A DNA stretch of 64,000 nt, from assembly GCA_030141605.1 (NCBI GenBank), contig JAQGDQ010000020.1:1054001-1118000 (forward strand), read 5' to 3'. The position numbers and the translations under genes are program-made. Under the pieces are notes generated by a model. That model was not told where the DNA came from, did not search any database, and saw nothing but the letters and a program-made list of their open reading frames with translations. Below are positions 47,001-62,700 of the stretch, in pieces (the stretch's first letter is position 1; every line of letters begins with the position of its first letter). The DNA is from Tubiluchus corallicola (taxonomy: Eukaryota > Animalia > Priapulida).

Positions 47001-50000
47001 GTTCGAGCCTTTTGTGTTTTGTCTCAAAGTATCGCCGTTTACCCTCTGAGCCCATTGAAGACATCCAACAGTTTAAAATTCAATATATTAAAATGTTTTG
47101 TAACTGCTGAAATTTAAAAAAAAGAATTTTAAAGGTTGTGCACACTATGTGCAGCAAGTCTGTTTAAGTGATTGATATGTATTTTGAATTGAATTGTGAT
47201 GCTATCTTGTACAGTTGTAATCCTGTCAGTTGCTTTGATGTGTTGTTTAGGATAAACGAGTTTCAGATTTGACGCTTTTTTCTTCTGACTGTTTTTGTTT
47301 GTTTGTTTTGTTAGTTTATATGTTTCTTTGTTTGTTCAGTTTTCTTTTAACTTAATGTGCATCGCTTTACTTTATGCTTAATTATAATGTGACGTGTATG
47401 TTTAATCATAAGATTAAAGTTGCTATTGCCTATATCCTTGCCCTTCTTGCAACTCAACTTTTCGTTAAAATTTTGAATAATTTTTTAATTTTTTTTTTGT
47501 AAGGTGGCAGAGGCAGATCTGGAGGGCGAATAGGGTGAGTTAATCATAAAAGTTTCCAGCTTCGAAAAATTTCCGTTCAGATAAAAAAATTTGTGATTGT
47601 GGTACACAACCTGTACCCGTGTTACGTAATGCACTCGCCGAATTTGCGTGACAGAGTTTTTGTATTGCAGAACTTGGAAGGGTGAGGACCGTCGAGGCGG
47701 GGGTGGTGGCCGCGGAGGAGCCGCCGGGGCATTCAGTAAACCCATCGACACATGGACCAATAGCAGCATTACAGAGAATTCCACTAACAGTACGACGACA
47801 AATGTGGGTAAGTGCAAATATTACTATTGCTATACCAGTGGTTAATAGCCCCATAGTTTATTGATTTGTAAGCAGCATGACAGGAAGCAGTAAAGTTTGG
47901 AAATTGAGGTGCTTTTCGGTGTTGCTACGTCTCGCTTAATAATAGTGGGCGAATAATGATGTTTTTTCACAGTCATTCTCAAATTTGTCGTGTCAGTGCA
48001 AACTTGCACTTGTCAAATGGATTGAGATTTAGTCATAGATTTTAGAGACAAGCACAAATTTAATGGACCCAGTCCAAGATTTTGGAGTTAAAGACACTGC
48101 AAGTTTCTCAACGTTTTTTGCATATGAACAAAAGAATTTTGTAGGAGTCGAGAAAACGGTGACAAAAGAACTTGCAAAAGCAGCAAACTTCTTAACGTCC
48201 GAGACTCAATATCATGTCTGTTTTGTACTGGTAATTAATAACTCCGTGCATTGCTATTTTTGATTTTGTACTGCTGTTTTTTAAATGTTCTGAGTTTTCT
48301 AGATTTAGATGTCATTTATTTCATTATAAACTATCAATTGAATAATGTAAAAGCCTTGAAAAAATTAGAGAGAAAGTCAGTAAAGTTTTAAATGTTGCTC
48401 TTGAACTTTGTAGTAAATACTTAATCAAAATTATAAAACAAAAATCCAGTTTGCTTCTAAATCTTCATTATCTCATCTTCGTGGCTAATGCTTTATATTA
48501 TCCAAAGTTAGAAGATCCAGTTTTAAAGGTACGTTTATTCCATCAACAACCCTATGTTTTAATAAAAAGGTATCTTCATAAACTCTAGTCATTGTAAAAT
48601 GTGAACTGTTGTAACGTGAAACAGCTTCAGTGTGATTCTTATATGGGTCGCATCATTTTAATTAAGATTTGAATTTAATTTTTTATTTTATGTTGTACTT
48701 GTAATTGTAAAAACTATGTGCATTTTGTGCTGTAAGTTTAAATTAACTAATTATAATTATATGTCCGTAGTTGTAAACATTATTATTTGTCTGGTTTATG
48801 GATTATTTTTTCATGTTGTTGCTTTTTGGCTTGCTAAAATAACGTATCACTCGTAAAAATTCAAGGTGAGCATTTTATACCCAAGTGAGATTTTCTTCGT
48901 CGATGTTATTAGCTAATCGATGTATTAAATTATAATTCAGGTAACTGGAGTAATGATATGGCCAATGATATTGAAGACTGGGGAACAGAAGAAGACTGGA
49001 CAGGATCGGTAAGTATTTTCATTAATAATAAACTAATTAATAATTCCAATAAAGAGTTGTATGAATGAATAATAATGCCAATAATTTATCAGTCGATTAT
49101 TGCATTTCCAAAGAAATCTTCCCGGTAGAGCTCGATGTTGCTGTAGTAGCTTTTCATTTATTGCTGTTGGACCTCTAGTTAAGTATTCTCTTGTGTGCAA
49201 AATATATGTGTTGTAATGAATGACCATCTTTTTAAGTACAATGCTGCTAATAGAGATCAAGTAAAGACAGTTAAATCTTCATTTGTAAATGAAGATTTAA
49301 CTGGTCTATATAAATAATGATAAGTTGTTTGCATCATTTACAGTTATCAGAAAGTAAAGTTTTTACGCCGAGCGGTACGTCAAACTTACCAGATAATGAG
49401 CGACTCGGAAAAAGGTATTATTTATTGTTCTACTGTGCTTGATAAATACGTAAGATAATCCCGCAGAAGAGCAGTCGCGGGTCACAAGTTTCTGCTAGCT
49501 TTGTCCCCAAAACTGCTAACCTTTGGTCTGTTTTAACCGTTCTTGTAGAAAGGCCCAAAACTTTGAACACTTGCTGGTGCATTACCATCGTACACTGGAT
49601 TTCATTCGTTGAAAAATAGTTTTATGTGACAACCTTTAGACTTTGCAGTATAAACTTCATTATTTGCTGGTATTCAAATGACATATGAGCTATTTTTTGG
49701 CAACAAAGTCGAAACATGCTTAATGTTGGAAACTTGTTTTTTATGTGTGAGCGAGTCTAAAAGTACTCATTGCTGCTTTTAATATATTTATGCAAAGTGT
49801 TTCATATAGATGAAATGCATGATTATAGTAAAAAGAATTGACTACGTTGTCGTAAATGAATCGACAACAATAGTGACTGAAATGGCGTTTACCTAGCATC
49901 CAGAATGCGTGTGCATTGTGGGGGTTTGAAATAGATAAAATCTGTTATAATGTTTTCAGAGCACCATTTATCAGACTGCCTTATAGCTTATTTTTTGTGC

Positions 50001-53000
50001 AGCTATTTCTTATTGATTTTTTATTCCGCTGCTGGATAATGCACAACACATTGCAAATCAAATGCCACTTAAGTGTTTTTGTCAACGTGTCAGATATTTT
50101 AGCAAATCCAAAACACTCATTACAAGCTATCGAGTTAATCATAGCATTTCAGCAATCTATCATGTAATTGTATTTCATATTAAATTTGTGTTTGTTTTTT
50201 TTAACAATTATAGCATTGATTTGGATTCGATATTACCCATGAAAGCATCATCTGTCTCCGAGCATTCGGCCATCAACACTCAGAGTCAAATGATGAATCA
50301 GTTTAACACACAAGTTGCCACGGAAACCATCAAGTCTGCTGTTGGGGTAACAGTGATCTTTTGTATTATTTTTCGGTCCCATCACATAGACAGTCTCTAT
50401 TACCATTGTTTGCACGCCTTTACTGCCTATCAGAATTTGTGAACCAAATTGGGCCAAAAATTGTGACCGTGTGTCAAAGGTCAAAGTTTCATGAACGAAA
50501 CAAAAAAGGATCTTTGCATGCTCATTCTTTGTGATATCACTTGAGGAAAACATGAGAATCCCATATTTGTACTGATTTATGTATACTCTAATTTGTTGGT
50601 AGTTTTAGTTTGTTATTTAGAATTATTATGTTGTTTTTAGTATCTTAAGCTTTTAGTTTCTTTTCTATTCATTCCGGTGCAAGCTCCAGGCACAACATTA
50701 TCCTGGATCTTTCAGTAACTTAAACTGTTTTTTTCTCTGCATGATGCATGCTGATTTTTATTCTTGCATTATTGATTCTCTAAAATGAGTTAAGATTTCA
50801 TGAGGCACTTGAGTCTTTAGTTTCTTCTCCTGTTTTACAATTTTGACCAGAAATTCAGCACGACACGTGAATTGTGTAATCTCATAACTTGTATGCCTTT
50901 TACTTTTAGTTGGTGAACAGTACAAGCTCTAGTATGAACGAAACATGGGTGACCTCTCAGTCTCACCGCACCTCCGTGCACAGTTCACCACAGTCGACCG
51001 GCCTCCTAATAGAGAACTCCCCATCTCCTCAGCAACAGCAGCAGTCAGTGACCGGTGGTCAGCAGCCTGGTCAACAGCGAGGGCCTCCAACAAAAGCACA
51101 GAAGACTAGGCTGCCTCCTCCCTCCAAGGTATGTAATTTGATTTTTTGTGCCTGGTTGTGTACTGCATTTGATTCAGTTGTTAGTGAAAATATTATATCT
51201 GATAAATAAATACTAACGTCTAAATATAAAATGTCAAAATGTATTATTTGAATACAGCAATGCTGACTCACAATGGTAACTCATCCAAATGCACATATGC
51301 TCTTAAAATGAGGGTACGGTTTGGTTCTAATAGTTTGTGCAAGCGTTCCCACTAATAACTTGGAGTTACAACTGGTATATTTTTTTGCTTTTGTTTTTAT
51401 TTATGAAAGGCAGCTGTGTTGGAGCCATATGGGTTGTAAAATCTGTAATTTCGAAAGCAAAGATTCTTTAAGACGTATATAAAAAATGATGTTTATACAA
51501 AATTGGTGAGGTCTGACAATATCAAGTTATGGTGATGAGGAATCCCAAGTTTAATTAAGATGAAAACCACAACGCCCATGCTACTAGTGTCATAATAATT
51601 TTTTCCAATGTTTTGATGACAAAAATTCATCATTGTCCAAGGTGTGAAATCTGTACACAAAAACAAATTTTAATGATTAAACATTTGATTGATTTCTTGT
51701 AAATGTTTTTAACAAATTAACAAAATTTCCAATAATTACCATGTGTAATTTTCCATCAAGAGTGTTTTGTGAATAAGAATATCAAAAGGGCATTCCTAGA
51801 CCTTTTAGCATCTAATTACAAATTGAAAGTGCTTTGAAAACAAGAAACCGGTCTTAATAAGATGTTGGTGACTGTGTTGTGTGTCTACAGATTCCACAAA
51901 CGGCTGTTGAGATGCCAGGCAATAGGAAAGTGGATGAACTGGATGTACAATTTGGTGCGCTGGAGTTTGGAGTGGACGAGTATCCGCCTTATAGTTCTGC
52001 TGTTCCGGGAGCCATGACGGCTACGAATACGTTTTCAGCCGGGTGAGTGGTGCACCTAATGAATGACAAGTTAATTAGAGAACTACTGAAACATTAACGA
52101 AATATCCAGCAAGAAAGTTTGGTGAATATACCTCTCATCTTTTGTCTAACTTTACTTGTTACAAGAAATTCGTAGCATCAACGTTGACTTGATTTTTATT
52201 ATTATTTTCTCAATTCTTTTGGAAATTTGAGCTTATATTAATATTTGAGAAAAATGTTAGAAAGTTCAAGCAATGAAACTGTGATAAGCGTCTTGTATAA
52301 TTAGTAAAATCAAAAGTTGCGATCTCTTCACGTTTGGGCACGCTCATTTTAAACAAAAAATGGCGTCATCCGGTTCCCGTGCAATATAAACACTTATTCT
52401 GCCAAGTGCTTCAGCAATCTTTTTTGTATAATCTCTATAAACTAAGTAACCCACCCAGCATGTCCTGTATGCTCACAAGTTTGCATACGTACTGAAAGTC
52501 AACAAAAATAAACTAATTATCTACACAATGTATACTACTTACATAATATAAGGTATAATCCCATGGATTAAAGTTATATGACCACTTTAAATTTGATCAT
52601 AATTGGTCCAATCACTAATTTTTTTCCTAAACACGGTTACACAGAACGTTAGAACAATGAAACTTCTGCGTGAACTGTAGAAATTTTGGCGTACCTTCAC
52701 CACAGCCTTCACGGCATTCATGCTGCCCAGCACACACCTGCTCACGTCTTTTTTTCAAATATGCCAACTGCAATGTTCGTTTGGCGGGAGATAAGAAATA
52801 TTTAAATTTCTTTTGCATTTTTGAGCAAGGCGTTTCATGCACATATATTGTGTGATGATGTCAGTAGCCTTAATTGTATATTAAGATGTGATAAATGTTA
52901 TGTTGTCTGAGGATTGGGTTTTGTTTTAACAGGTAATTGCTTTAAAGATTTCATAACATGAATATCGATCTATTTTTATTTTTTCTCTTACTTTAGTTTC

Positions 53001-56000
53001 TTAAGGAGTTTAGAATATGAATGTTGACTTCTTTTTATTACTCTAAAATCAACTAAGGGAGTTTCTAACATGAATATTGTGCATTTTAAAGACAAAATGT
53101 ACTTAATGTAAGCAACAGACTAAGTTTTCTTTGCGGATGTAGTTTGCTGATAGCTGCCAATTGATCTTTTCTTTTAGAAAATCGGGGAGATTTTTGCTGC
53201 TTTTATATTAAATATCAAACCCTCTAATTAAATTTCTGCATAAGCTACCAAACCCCTGTTTTTTTTTTTTACTATTTTATGTCTATACCTTTATTACATA
53301 GCAAAGTTTTTAGGTTTTTTCCAGTTTGATTTCTTCTTTGTTCTTGTCTCAACAACTAAGAATTTCCTCTGTTTTTTTTCTTATAGTAACTACTGATTGT
53401 TTTCATGCATTTTTTACCATTTCAGTTCGGTATCAGCTGCTTCCATGGCTCAGCAGTTGTCCAAACCTTCTGATGTTCCTTCCACTGTGATTAGTTCAGC
53501 TATGATGGCCGGCACCGCTGCGCAGAAACAATCGGCTCTCGGTGGGCTAGATCCAAACCGAAAGTCGTACCGGGGTGCCGCTCTGCCGTCGACCGGAGTC
53601 TCTTCTACGAAAGACATGAGTCAGCAAAAACAGGTTTTTCATTTATTGATTATTTGCGAGCAGAATCTGCCAACTCTAAAGTTAAGATGCAGAAATTCTT
53701 TGCTTTATTTCCAATTTCAAATTTGTTGTTTGGCATTCGTTTTTCAGAATTTGATTTTCACTCCATTTTTCAGATGGCGCCATCCGGACCGGATCCCATT
53801 CTCATGCCGTCACAGACCAAACCAAGCTCACTATTGCCTAACCAAAGACCAAGCCAAGTGCAACCAGTGGAAAGTGAGTTAGCGAGTTTTGAGTGCATTA
53901 AACAGAAAAGATTAAACAGAGGCAAAAATCGACATTGCTCAAATCATATAAATTAAACGTTTTATGAGTTTTACTCATGTTTCTACTGATTAATTTCTTT
54001 CTGCTTGCTTAAAACCACCTATATATCTTACTTACCTAGATAGTGGTTTCTCTTTAGTCGCCGTTTAAATGTTTAAGTCTAGGCAGCGGTTAAATAATAA
54101 ACACTGCAGCAGAGTCAAAGGCAAGCCCTTAGGTGACTTTGAGAATTTTATCTAGAAACTTAGTATGCATTAGTCTGGCTGCAATAACATAGGTTGCAGG
54201 CAAAATTGCTTTGCAAAAGTTTGCTCTCAGGTCTGGCTTCATACAAATGGTTAGCATTTAGTAGTCAGTCAAACAGCAAATATCATAAGTGCAGTGTTTA
54301 TGTTACCAGTGCGTTTTTAGAACAAAATAATGCACTATTTACTGTTTTAAAGCATCAAATCAAATAAAAAGGTTGTTGGTAAAATAAAAAATAGGCTTTG
54401 TGCAAAGCAAAAAAATCGTCTTTGAAACAAAATAGTACATCGCGAAGAAAGGGTATCAAATGTTCAGCGTTGTTAAAACGAAACGTCACTAAACGGGGAG
54501 TCGTTAAGCGAGGACTTACTGTACATAAAATAGTCAATAATCCTAACAACAAAAACAAACAAATACCACTTACCAGAAAATACAAGTAATTATGGACGCC
54601 ATGGCACAGTTTAGTACAATATGACTTTTATTGGTTTTATGTAGAGTGTTTTTTTTAATTATTGGCTTTTATTGATTTTTCATACTTTAGGCTTCTTTAT
54701 GGCTTTGTAGAAATTATATAGTGTTTGGTTTCCCATTGTTTGTGTTTCCTGAAAATTTTTTATGTTTTAGTAATGGTTTTTTATTCCTTGTTATTACGTT
54801 ATAAGGATTGGCGGGTGGCTTCTTTTAAAGAATTAGTGCTTGTTTTTCCTGTATGTCCTTCTTGTTTCATTTTTCTTCATCTTGTTTCGTCTTTCATAGA
54901 CTTAGAGTTTTTTCTCTCTAGAGTCTAGACTCAATTGGCTGCCATTCTTTGATGTATCCTTAGAAACGTACTTATAATGCGTATCACGTCACTGCTTTGC
55001 TGGTAGTTAACGTTAGAGTTTTTGACACTGCCAAAATTCTGGCCCACCGGGGTCAGCCGAAGAATGAGTCAATCATATCAAGTAATATCTGAAATTAAAC
55101 CTTGGGGTGAAGCTGGTTTGTCATTAGCAAATGTTGGCCCATCTGAGGTCACCTGAAGGTTATCTACATAGAATAATTTTGTATCAGTTCCTTTAAAAAC
55201 TTGCCTCTGACATTTTTAAGCTGTACCGAATCATTCATTCTGGTTTTGTAGACTTTGTGAAGCTATTGTTAATTTTGCATGATAGTTGTGATGAACTAAT
55301 GAATGTATTTGAAATAAGAGGGTGGTTTCCTGAAGCTTTTTATCTTCCCATAAGGGGAAGACAGCTGCCATTTAATTTCATAAAACCATTCTTTTACCTG
55401 CAGTATAGTTTCCACAAAATCTGCTAACTAGACCGGATATGATTATCTCATATTGTTAAGGCATGTCTTCGCGTTAATAATTTTTGCAATTATTTGTGTT
55501 TTTTCCTTTTCTTTCTTTATCCCTTTTTTCTTTTTTTCTTTTTTTTTGGTGTCTTCACCATTCTTGATTAATCTAATTTTTAATATTCCAGATGCTCTGA
55601 GCAAGACGGAGACCCTGTCCAACAGTTATGCGTCTAGTTCTGCGTATCAATCCGGTTATCAAGTACACAAGTCATCGGGTTACAGTAATCAAGGCTACGG
55701 TTCTCAGACGCAATCCGGTTACGGCAGTCAGACGGGCGTATACCCGAGTAGTAATCAGTACGGCGGACAGCAGCCGAGTTATCAGGGTGTGTCGTCGGGT
55801 AGCGGTTCATTTTCCGGGCAAGTGACGTCGCCCTACCAACATCAGATGGGATCGTCACATTACCAGAGTCAGTCGCAGATCAGCTCGCCATATCAGAGTC
55901 AGAATCAGTCGACTTACATCAGTCAGTCGGTGCAGCCGGCCCAGACGCAGTCGTACACGATGCAAGGACAACCTGGATCTTACCAGAACAGTTCTCAGGC

Positions 56001-59000
56001 TGCTTATTCCTCGTCTGCGTACGGACAATCGGCAGTGCACAATATGTCGGCATACCCGTCAGCGAATCAGGCGGCATCAGCGTATCAGAGCAGCGGCGTG
56101 AGCGGACAGTCGTTCAGTGGCACCACCTACCAGTCGCAGAATTCGAACTTTGGTAGTAGTGCGTATAATTCGAACTCGCAGATTCCAAGCGTAAAATTAG
56201 GTGTGAGCATGTCTAGTACAGGCAAGGAAGTAAGCCTGGACACTACGAGTCAGGTGGCAAGTGGCAGTAGTGTGAATTCCGTGGTGTCGGCGACGAGTGT
56301 CACTTCAGCGCCCTCTACGCTTAGTTTAACAATAGCCGGTGCAATTACGACTCAGTCGACATCTGCTAAAATGTCATCATTAGCTGCAGGTGAGTGATAC
56401 GTGTATTAAACGAAGGAATGGGTTACTAAGGTTATCTAAGTTGACTTAGAATCTCAAGCTGCTGAAAGATGTAATAATGCTTGAAATTTATTGTTAGTGG
56501 TACCACATTTACTTGGCCAATTCTCCACAATACTGCAATGATGGTAATTATGAGTTTTGAATTGTGCAGGCATTAATTTCGAAAAAATATTACCTTTTTG
56601 GCACAAAACTGGTAATTTGCTATATGTTTTGCGTTGAGTTTGCATTTAAATACTTTGCACTGCATTGTGGGACTACCGATTTTCTGCTCTGAAGTTAGGT
56701 GTCTTTTATTGTGCAAAGTTGACAAAACTGAATGTTCTTTTATGTTAATTAATGCGAAGTTGCGTGGTCTGAAATGTTATTCAACTTTTTGATTAGCCGT
56801 GTGTTTCATAAGGGACGGCAGCAGAAAAAAATGCGAACTCTCAAGCACCACTGTCACTTATAGACTCCTGTTATTAATATGCAAGTTTAATGTCTCTCGT
56901 ATGCAGTCCCATGTGCCCGAGGTGTACAAAATACTATACTCATTCTTCAATGCTGTTTACGTGGAAATTAAAAATTGTGTCAACATGTATGTATTTTAAC
57001 TGCAGCAACTTGGTTACACTTGTACAACCGCTAAGTTGTTTTAGCACAGCAAATAATGGTGCATTTTGACCTTGACCAATGGCACACTTGAGTTATTGTT
57101 ACACCTAACCAGCGTCTTTAGGCATACTCCATTGAATTAAATCAGTATTGTACCATTTCAGATGGCCTTAAGGTGGTTTTGAAGTTGCATTGATCACTCT
57201 TATACTGCAACTTTGTATGTTGCATTTTAGCCAATCGAGGTGTAGAACTTTTCCTAAAACATTACTAAGTGGAATCGAATAATGTCAGAATAATTGGATA
57301 ACGTCTGTCAGTAGTTGAACTAAAGCTCAAAATATCAGAAAGTAAATATAATTGTTTTTTAAGAGTGACTTACGTAAAAGAGTTATTACCACAAAAGTTT
57401 AATTTCACGTTTGCGCCCTGTTACACGAATTTCGGCATCTCGGAACTGCTTAGCCCGAAAAATAGGTGCTGTACCGCTTAGTTCATTTTTGAGATGGCAC
57501 ACATTTACAAGTGGTGAAATAACACGATGAACACAGTGCTCAGTAAACTTACCCATAAATTTATCCAGTTTTTCTATATTACACCCGAATTTTGTACAGT
57601 AGCACTGCATTTCAATTCTCACTTTTGCAAAGACATATAACCCTCTTTTGGAATGTTTGTGCTGTTGAAAATAATGTTCAGTTTGACATCATCAATAGCT
57701 GGGTTCTGTTAATTAAAGCTATTATTTATTTATCAAAAACAGTTTGGCAGTATTATAGGTGTTAAATTGCGTGCTTACTTCAGAATAGAGCAGGAGATGA
57801 AAAATCATCCTGTTTTCCTTTAATAAGACATATCTGTATTATAGAAATGTAACTTAAACTTACTCAACTATTGCAAACCTACTCGAACTTATGGAACTTA
57901 AAGAGCCGACAAGACTTAACTTACGTTACTAAGACGTAAAGCGTTTATTCCTCTGTTCCAGGTAAAGTACCGGCTAATCTCCCACCTGGTGTTCCGGCTA
58001 CAGCGCTTTTAGGAGGACATCAGTACATTATGAGTCAAGCAGCTGGTCTGCCGTTTTATGTGAGTACACTGGCACCCTTCCTATGATAATTTTTCTGAGT
58101 GAATGAAATTTTTCCTGTGACTCCTATAAGTTGTTTTCCTGGCCCACGCTAGGCCTTTACATTTAACATTTAAGATGCAGCTGTGCTTAGCATGGTAATT
58201 ACAGGCAAAAAAGAGCATCTTTTACTCAATATTTACTGAAGATTTACACACACTTTGCAGGGTTTGCAGCAGCCTCTGTACAGTTACGAAGACCTACAGC
58301 TGTTGCAGCAGCATCACGGTCGGCCTACAGCTGCCATGTTGGTGAGTATTCAACTATAATTATTAGTTTTAATCAGTTAAAATGCATGTTATTATGATGA
58401 CTGGAACTGCTTAAAAATGTCTTATGTCATTGATTAAGTGTGCAGCAGAGCATGATATTAGGTTTCTACCACGTTTCGTTTTCAAATTTGCGATAGTAAT
58501 ACTATGAAATTGGGTAAAAATGTTAAAATTTCACGTGAAATGCACCTTTAAGTCATTGAGATCTGTACAACATGGCAGGCTAGACATTGTTTAAGTATAT
58601 GTTAAAAAATAAATTATATTTTGATTGCCTTGTTCCTAATGTCAGTGGTGGGATAGTTTAGAAATGCAAATATTAAGTAATGATGTCTAGTGTCTGTGAG
58701 ATAATTTTTCAAAATTCACAAAGTAGTAGTTGGAATTATAAAATAAATGTCTTAAATTTCCATGTTTGTGATGCGAAACAGAAAGTTTATAGGTCGCATA
58801 TTATTGTTCAAGAACCTTAAATGATGTAATTTAAAAAAAATATTAAGAAACACGGAACAAAACTTACAACAAAGTTTTTGATTTATACATGCGTACCTCA
58901 CTACAGTTTTCATTGTATATTCAAAGGATTGTAACTACATAAAAAACTGAAAATTTATTACAAGTTTTAAGAAAAAAGTAACAGCTATCATAGTTACAAG

Positions 59001-59680
59001 TTTCTTTTAAAATTTCTTTTTTAAACTTTTCTAACATTTTTCCAACATTTTTGTCTTGGAATCATTTTTCTGGAACTACTTAGAGAATATGCCCATCACT
59101 GACCGATGTTGTAAATTTAATGTATATAAAATATATACTGTGACCACTGTTATTTCCTCATATTTTAGTAATTATCTTTCTAGTTTATTTTTATATTGTT
59201 TCGTCAGACTGTAGCTTATATTTTTTACATTTCTTCTTTCTTCATCTTGTCTATTTCACCTAGACACGTGTTGTGATATCTTCTTACTCTCGTATAAGTG
59301 TAGCTGTACACTGTAGAGCATAATGTAGATGTAATGACTGTACAAAGGTGGGCGGGAACAGCAGCCTGTGACGAGTTTCTGTAAACATCTAGCCCAAACT
59401 ACAATAAGTATAAAAACTAATAATACAAGAAAAGCATAACCTAATGAACGTATAATGTATTATTATTCATTACCAAAATGATACCTTCTTACCCAGTTAG
59501 AGAGAATGAGAGGGGATGCGGTGGAAATTTCAGTAATTCTGTATGTCCGTACATAAAAGTTGGCATACTATAATGTCAGTATCAGTGAAAGGCATCCGTT
59601 ATGACTTGAACTTGATTGGTAGAATCTTACATTATAGTGATATACATTGGTAGAAGAGATATAACGACAAAAAACTATGA

Positions 59681-59742
<62 letters not shown>

Positions 59743-62700
59743 CAACCCCTAACAGATATTTTTATCTCTAGATTGCATTTTACAAATTTTTAATTACTGA
59801 TATAATGCAATCGAGTTTTTATCAGTTTAGTAATTTTTATAATTTTAATTTGAAAATAAAAAAAGATTATAACGTAATTATTAAAAATAATGACAAAACT
59901 CACTAAGTTTTAATGTATTTTTAGTGTCTTGATATTGTGCAATTTTACTTGATTTTCTGCTCCTTGTAGTAGCGTTTTTTTGCAACGTCTAATCGTAATT
60001 GGTTTAATTCATAACTTGTTTCATTATCTTTATGATTAGTTCATTCTACTGTACCATTGTTGCTTCAATTTACCCCACTGAAGTTTGCGCATTTATTTTT
60101 TTTAGATAAAAGTTCAAAAATAATAAACGTTCACAATCTATGCAGCTGTTAACCAGTTACTGTCAATTTAATAATGGGGGCAGGATTTGATGACAATGTC
60201 CTTTTCTACTAACAAGTTTTTCGTTTCCAGAGATTACTACTAACATTGCAATGTAGTCGAGAATTGTAAAGCTGTCCTTGGTGAAATGATAGAAATAAGT
60301 AAAATACAAATCAGTTAACACGGTATAGTCACTGTGTTATATTCACGCATGTTTATTGACCGTCACTTGTTTTTAATACTCTACAGGTACTTAATTGACA
60401 AACACTAATTTCCTTTCCCACCACAAATAGTTGTTTCAGGTGCCGCTATAATTGTTCCAGTGATCGCTGATTCATTGTTTCTTTAAAACACAAAATGCTT
60501 TTTTTCACTTGTGTATTTTTTTACTCTGTAATCAGACGATAAAGTTAATCAGATGATGGTAATTAAACGTTTAATGAAAAATATAAACTTTACATATTAG
60601 TTTTACTAAATTAATAGATGTTATTAGAGAGTTTCCGCTATAATCTCAGAATACTTTTTGTGTTTGCGGAAGCAGAAACTGATTTCCTTCCACAGTCTTG
60701 ATGATCATAGACTAGAATAGTTTGTACTGTACAGCATTTTGAACAATCACGCAAGCTGATTGCAGATTTTTTTATAGTGAGTTAAAACTATAAACTTCGC
60801 TTTAAAGGGGTTTTCAAATTAAAGCACTCGATGCGAAAATCGAACCAACTGCTTTCATTTTATTGTCATTAAGAAACTGATCTGAGCAATCTCCCTAGAC
60901 TTCCTTTCTAACTATGGGTTTCTATTTGCATTGAATACTGCTGTATTGTCTGCACTTAAGTGAAGGCTGCCAACTGATCAGACTAGAAGTTTTGAGCAGG
61001 GGAGCTCTAACGGTATCCAGTTTCAATCCCGGTTTCGATGCCGTGTTTTAAACGTTTATATTTGTAGAAAAACTTTAATAAGGGAATGAAATGCTACTAC
61101 TACTTACTGCAACTTTATGAAATGCCCCTAACTGATCTTTTGGTGCCACTTCTCGAGATGTGCATATCAACTTTTTGTGGGGTCATTTGAATCCACACTC
61201 ATTGCTGGTGTTAGTTTTGGTGCCATATTTGCTATGGTTAATCAGGTAGAGTGGGGATAGTGATATCCGCCCTCAGGGACCCCAAAAACTGCTAAAAATA
61301 TACAGTAGATGACTATACATGTAGCAGAATGTCCTGAAAAGTGCTATTTTGGATGTCACTTTGGTTGCCATGGGTCGAGGGGGCAGTTACCCAAGTTGAC
61401 ATTATCCTGAAATACTACCCCCTGAGGCACCACATTTGGGGGTACACTACAGCACATGGATGTGCATAAATAACACACCAGACAGACACACAAATTGATT
61501 TTCTTTATAAGTTCATAATGCACTGACTGAAATCAATAGCTAATATCGGAAAAGGGGCTTAGCTTTCTCTGTAGGTTTAGGGTGGGTGTGGGATACTGTG
61601 ATGACAAATTTAATTGTCAGAGAGTTTGCTTGTGCAGTAGCTAAGTGTTAGATTGTGTAGCCATCGAATGTTGTTGTGGTAGTTGCTAGCCTTTATAGCC
61701 ATTCTGAATGATCTTTTGGGTGTCACGGTTGTTGCTAGACCGTGTACCGCCATCATGGATAACGTAGTTGTTGTAAAGTTGCATGTCATTCTATTCTGTT
61801 GCATGATTAGTTACATAGGTTTATGTTTAATTTTAGCCGGGTTATTATGACATGTCCTCGCTCCAGGTGCCTAGTACAGTGACGGGAAGAGACGGAGCAC
61901 TCACGGCTGCTGCGTTTGCAGGTCAGTAATTGTCAACTTTCTATAAATGTGTGAATTATTAACTGATGTTTATTGATTATTTAAAATCTCAATTTCAAGA
62001 TTATTTTTTGATGATGGAATTAGCCTACAATCATTTAATTTTGAAACTAAACTTGACCGAAAGAAGCTGGTTTGTTTAGCGATCTTGGCATTAAAATTGC
62101 AACCCAAAGGTCCCTGTTTCAAATTCCAGACCCGGCTTTTTCACATTTTATCCCTTTAAGCAAGTTTAGTTTCAAAATTCATAAATTGTGGGATAATTCC
62201 TTCTTTCATGAATTACACCTTACAATACAGTAATTATACTGCCAGAGATTATGAGTTGTTCACACCGACGTCTTCATGACACGTTGAAGTAAGAAAAAGT
62301 TGCTAACACAAATTAACACAACCTAACTGATATTAGAAACAACTTAATCCTTACTGTAGACATTTCAAGCTAACAGTTACAAGATAGAGTGTGTAAAAAC
62401 CAGGAACTAGTCTCTCAGGTTCACTTGACAGTAAAAAGTACAATGTCACTGGGAAATCAATCTATTTCGTTTAATGCGCTTTTATCAATTTTTCTAACGT
62501 TGTTTAACATTTTTCTGCATTACGATTTTGACAATGTGAAGTCACGCTTCTTGCACTTTGTCCAAGAAGTATTGGCATATGCGTGTTATTGTGCAGACTT
62601 GGAACTTTTCTGTAATCCAGATTTCAATAAAAAATTATCTTGCTGGGATAATTTTATTAATTTTTACCAATGAACCTTATGTGGCTAGATGAATAAGCTT

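Noticed and set aside
52852-52910. Intronic C/D box snoRNA (GTGATGA..CTGA); similar motif pairs near 55288 and 60698
   Set aside because: These are short, lack a terminal stem and have no recognisable rRNA guide; snoscan/Infernal would be needed.
54922-54961. 32-nt microexon with a U12-like donor GTATCCTT
   Set aside because: It would shift the frame, and no convincing TCCTTAAC branch site precedes the next acceptor.
61000-61510. Helentron/DINE-like element (CAGACAGACACACAAATT end)
   Set aside because: It is a single copy in the window and termini could not be defined.
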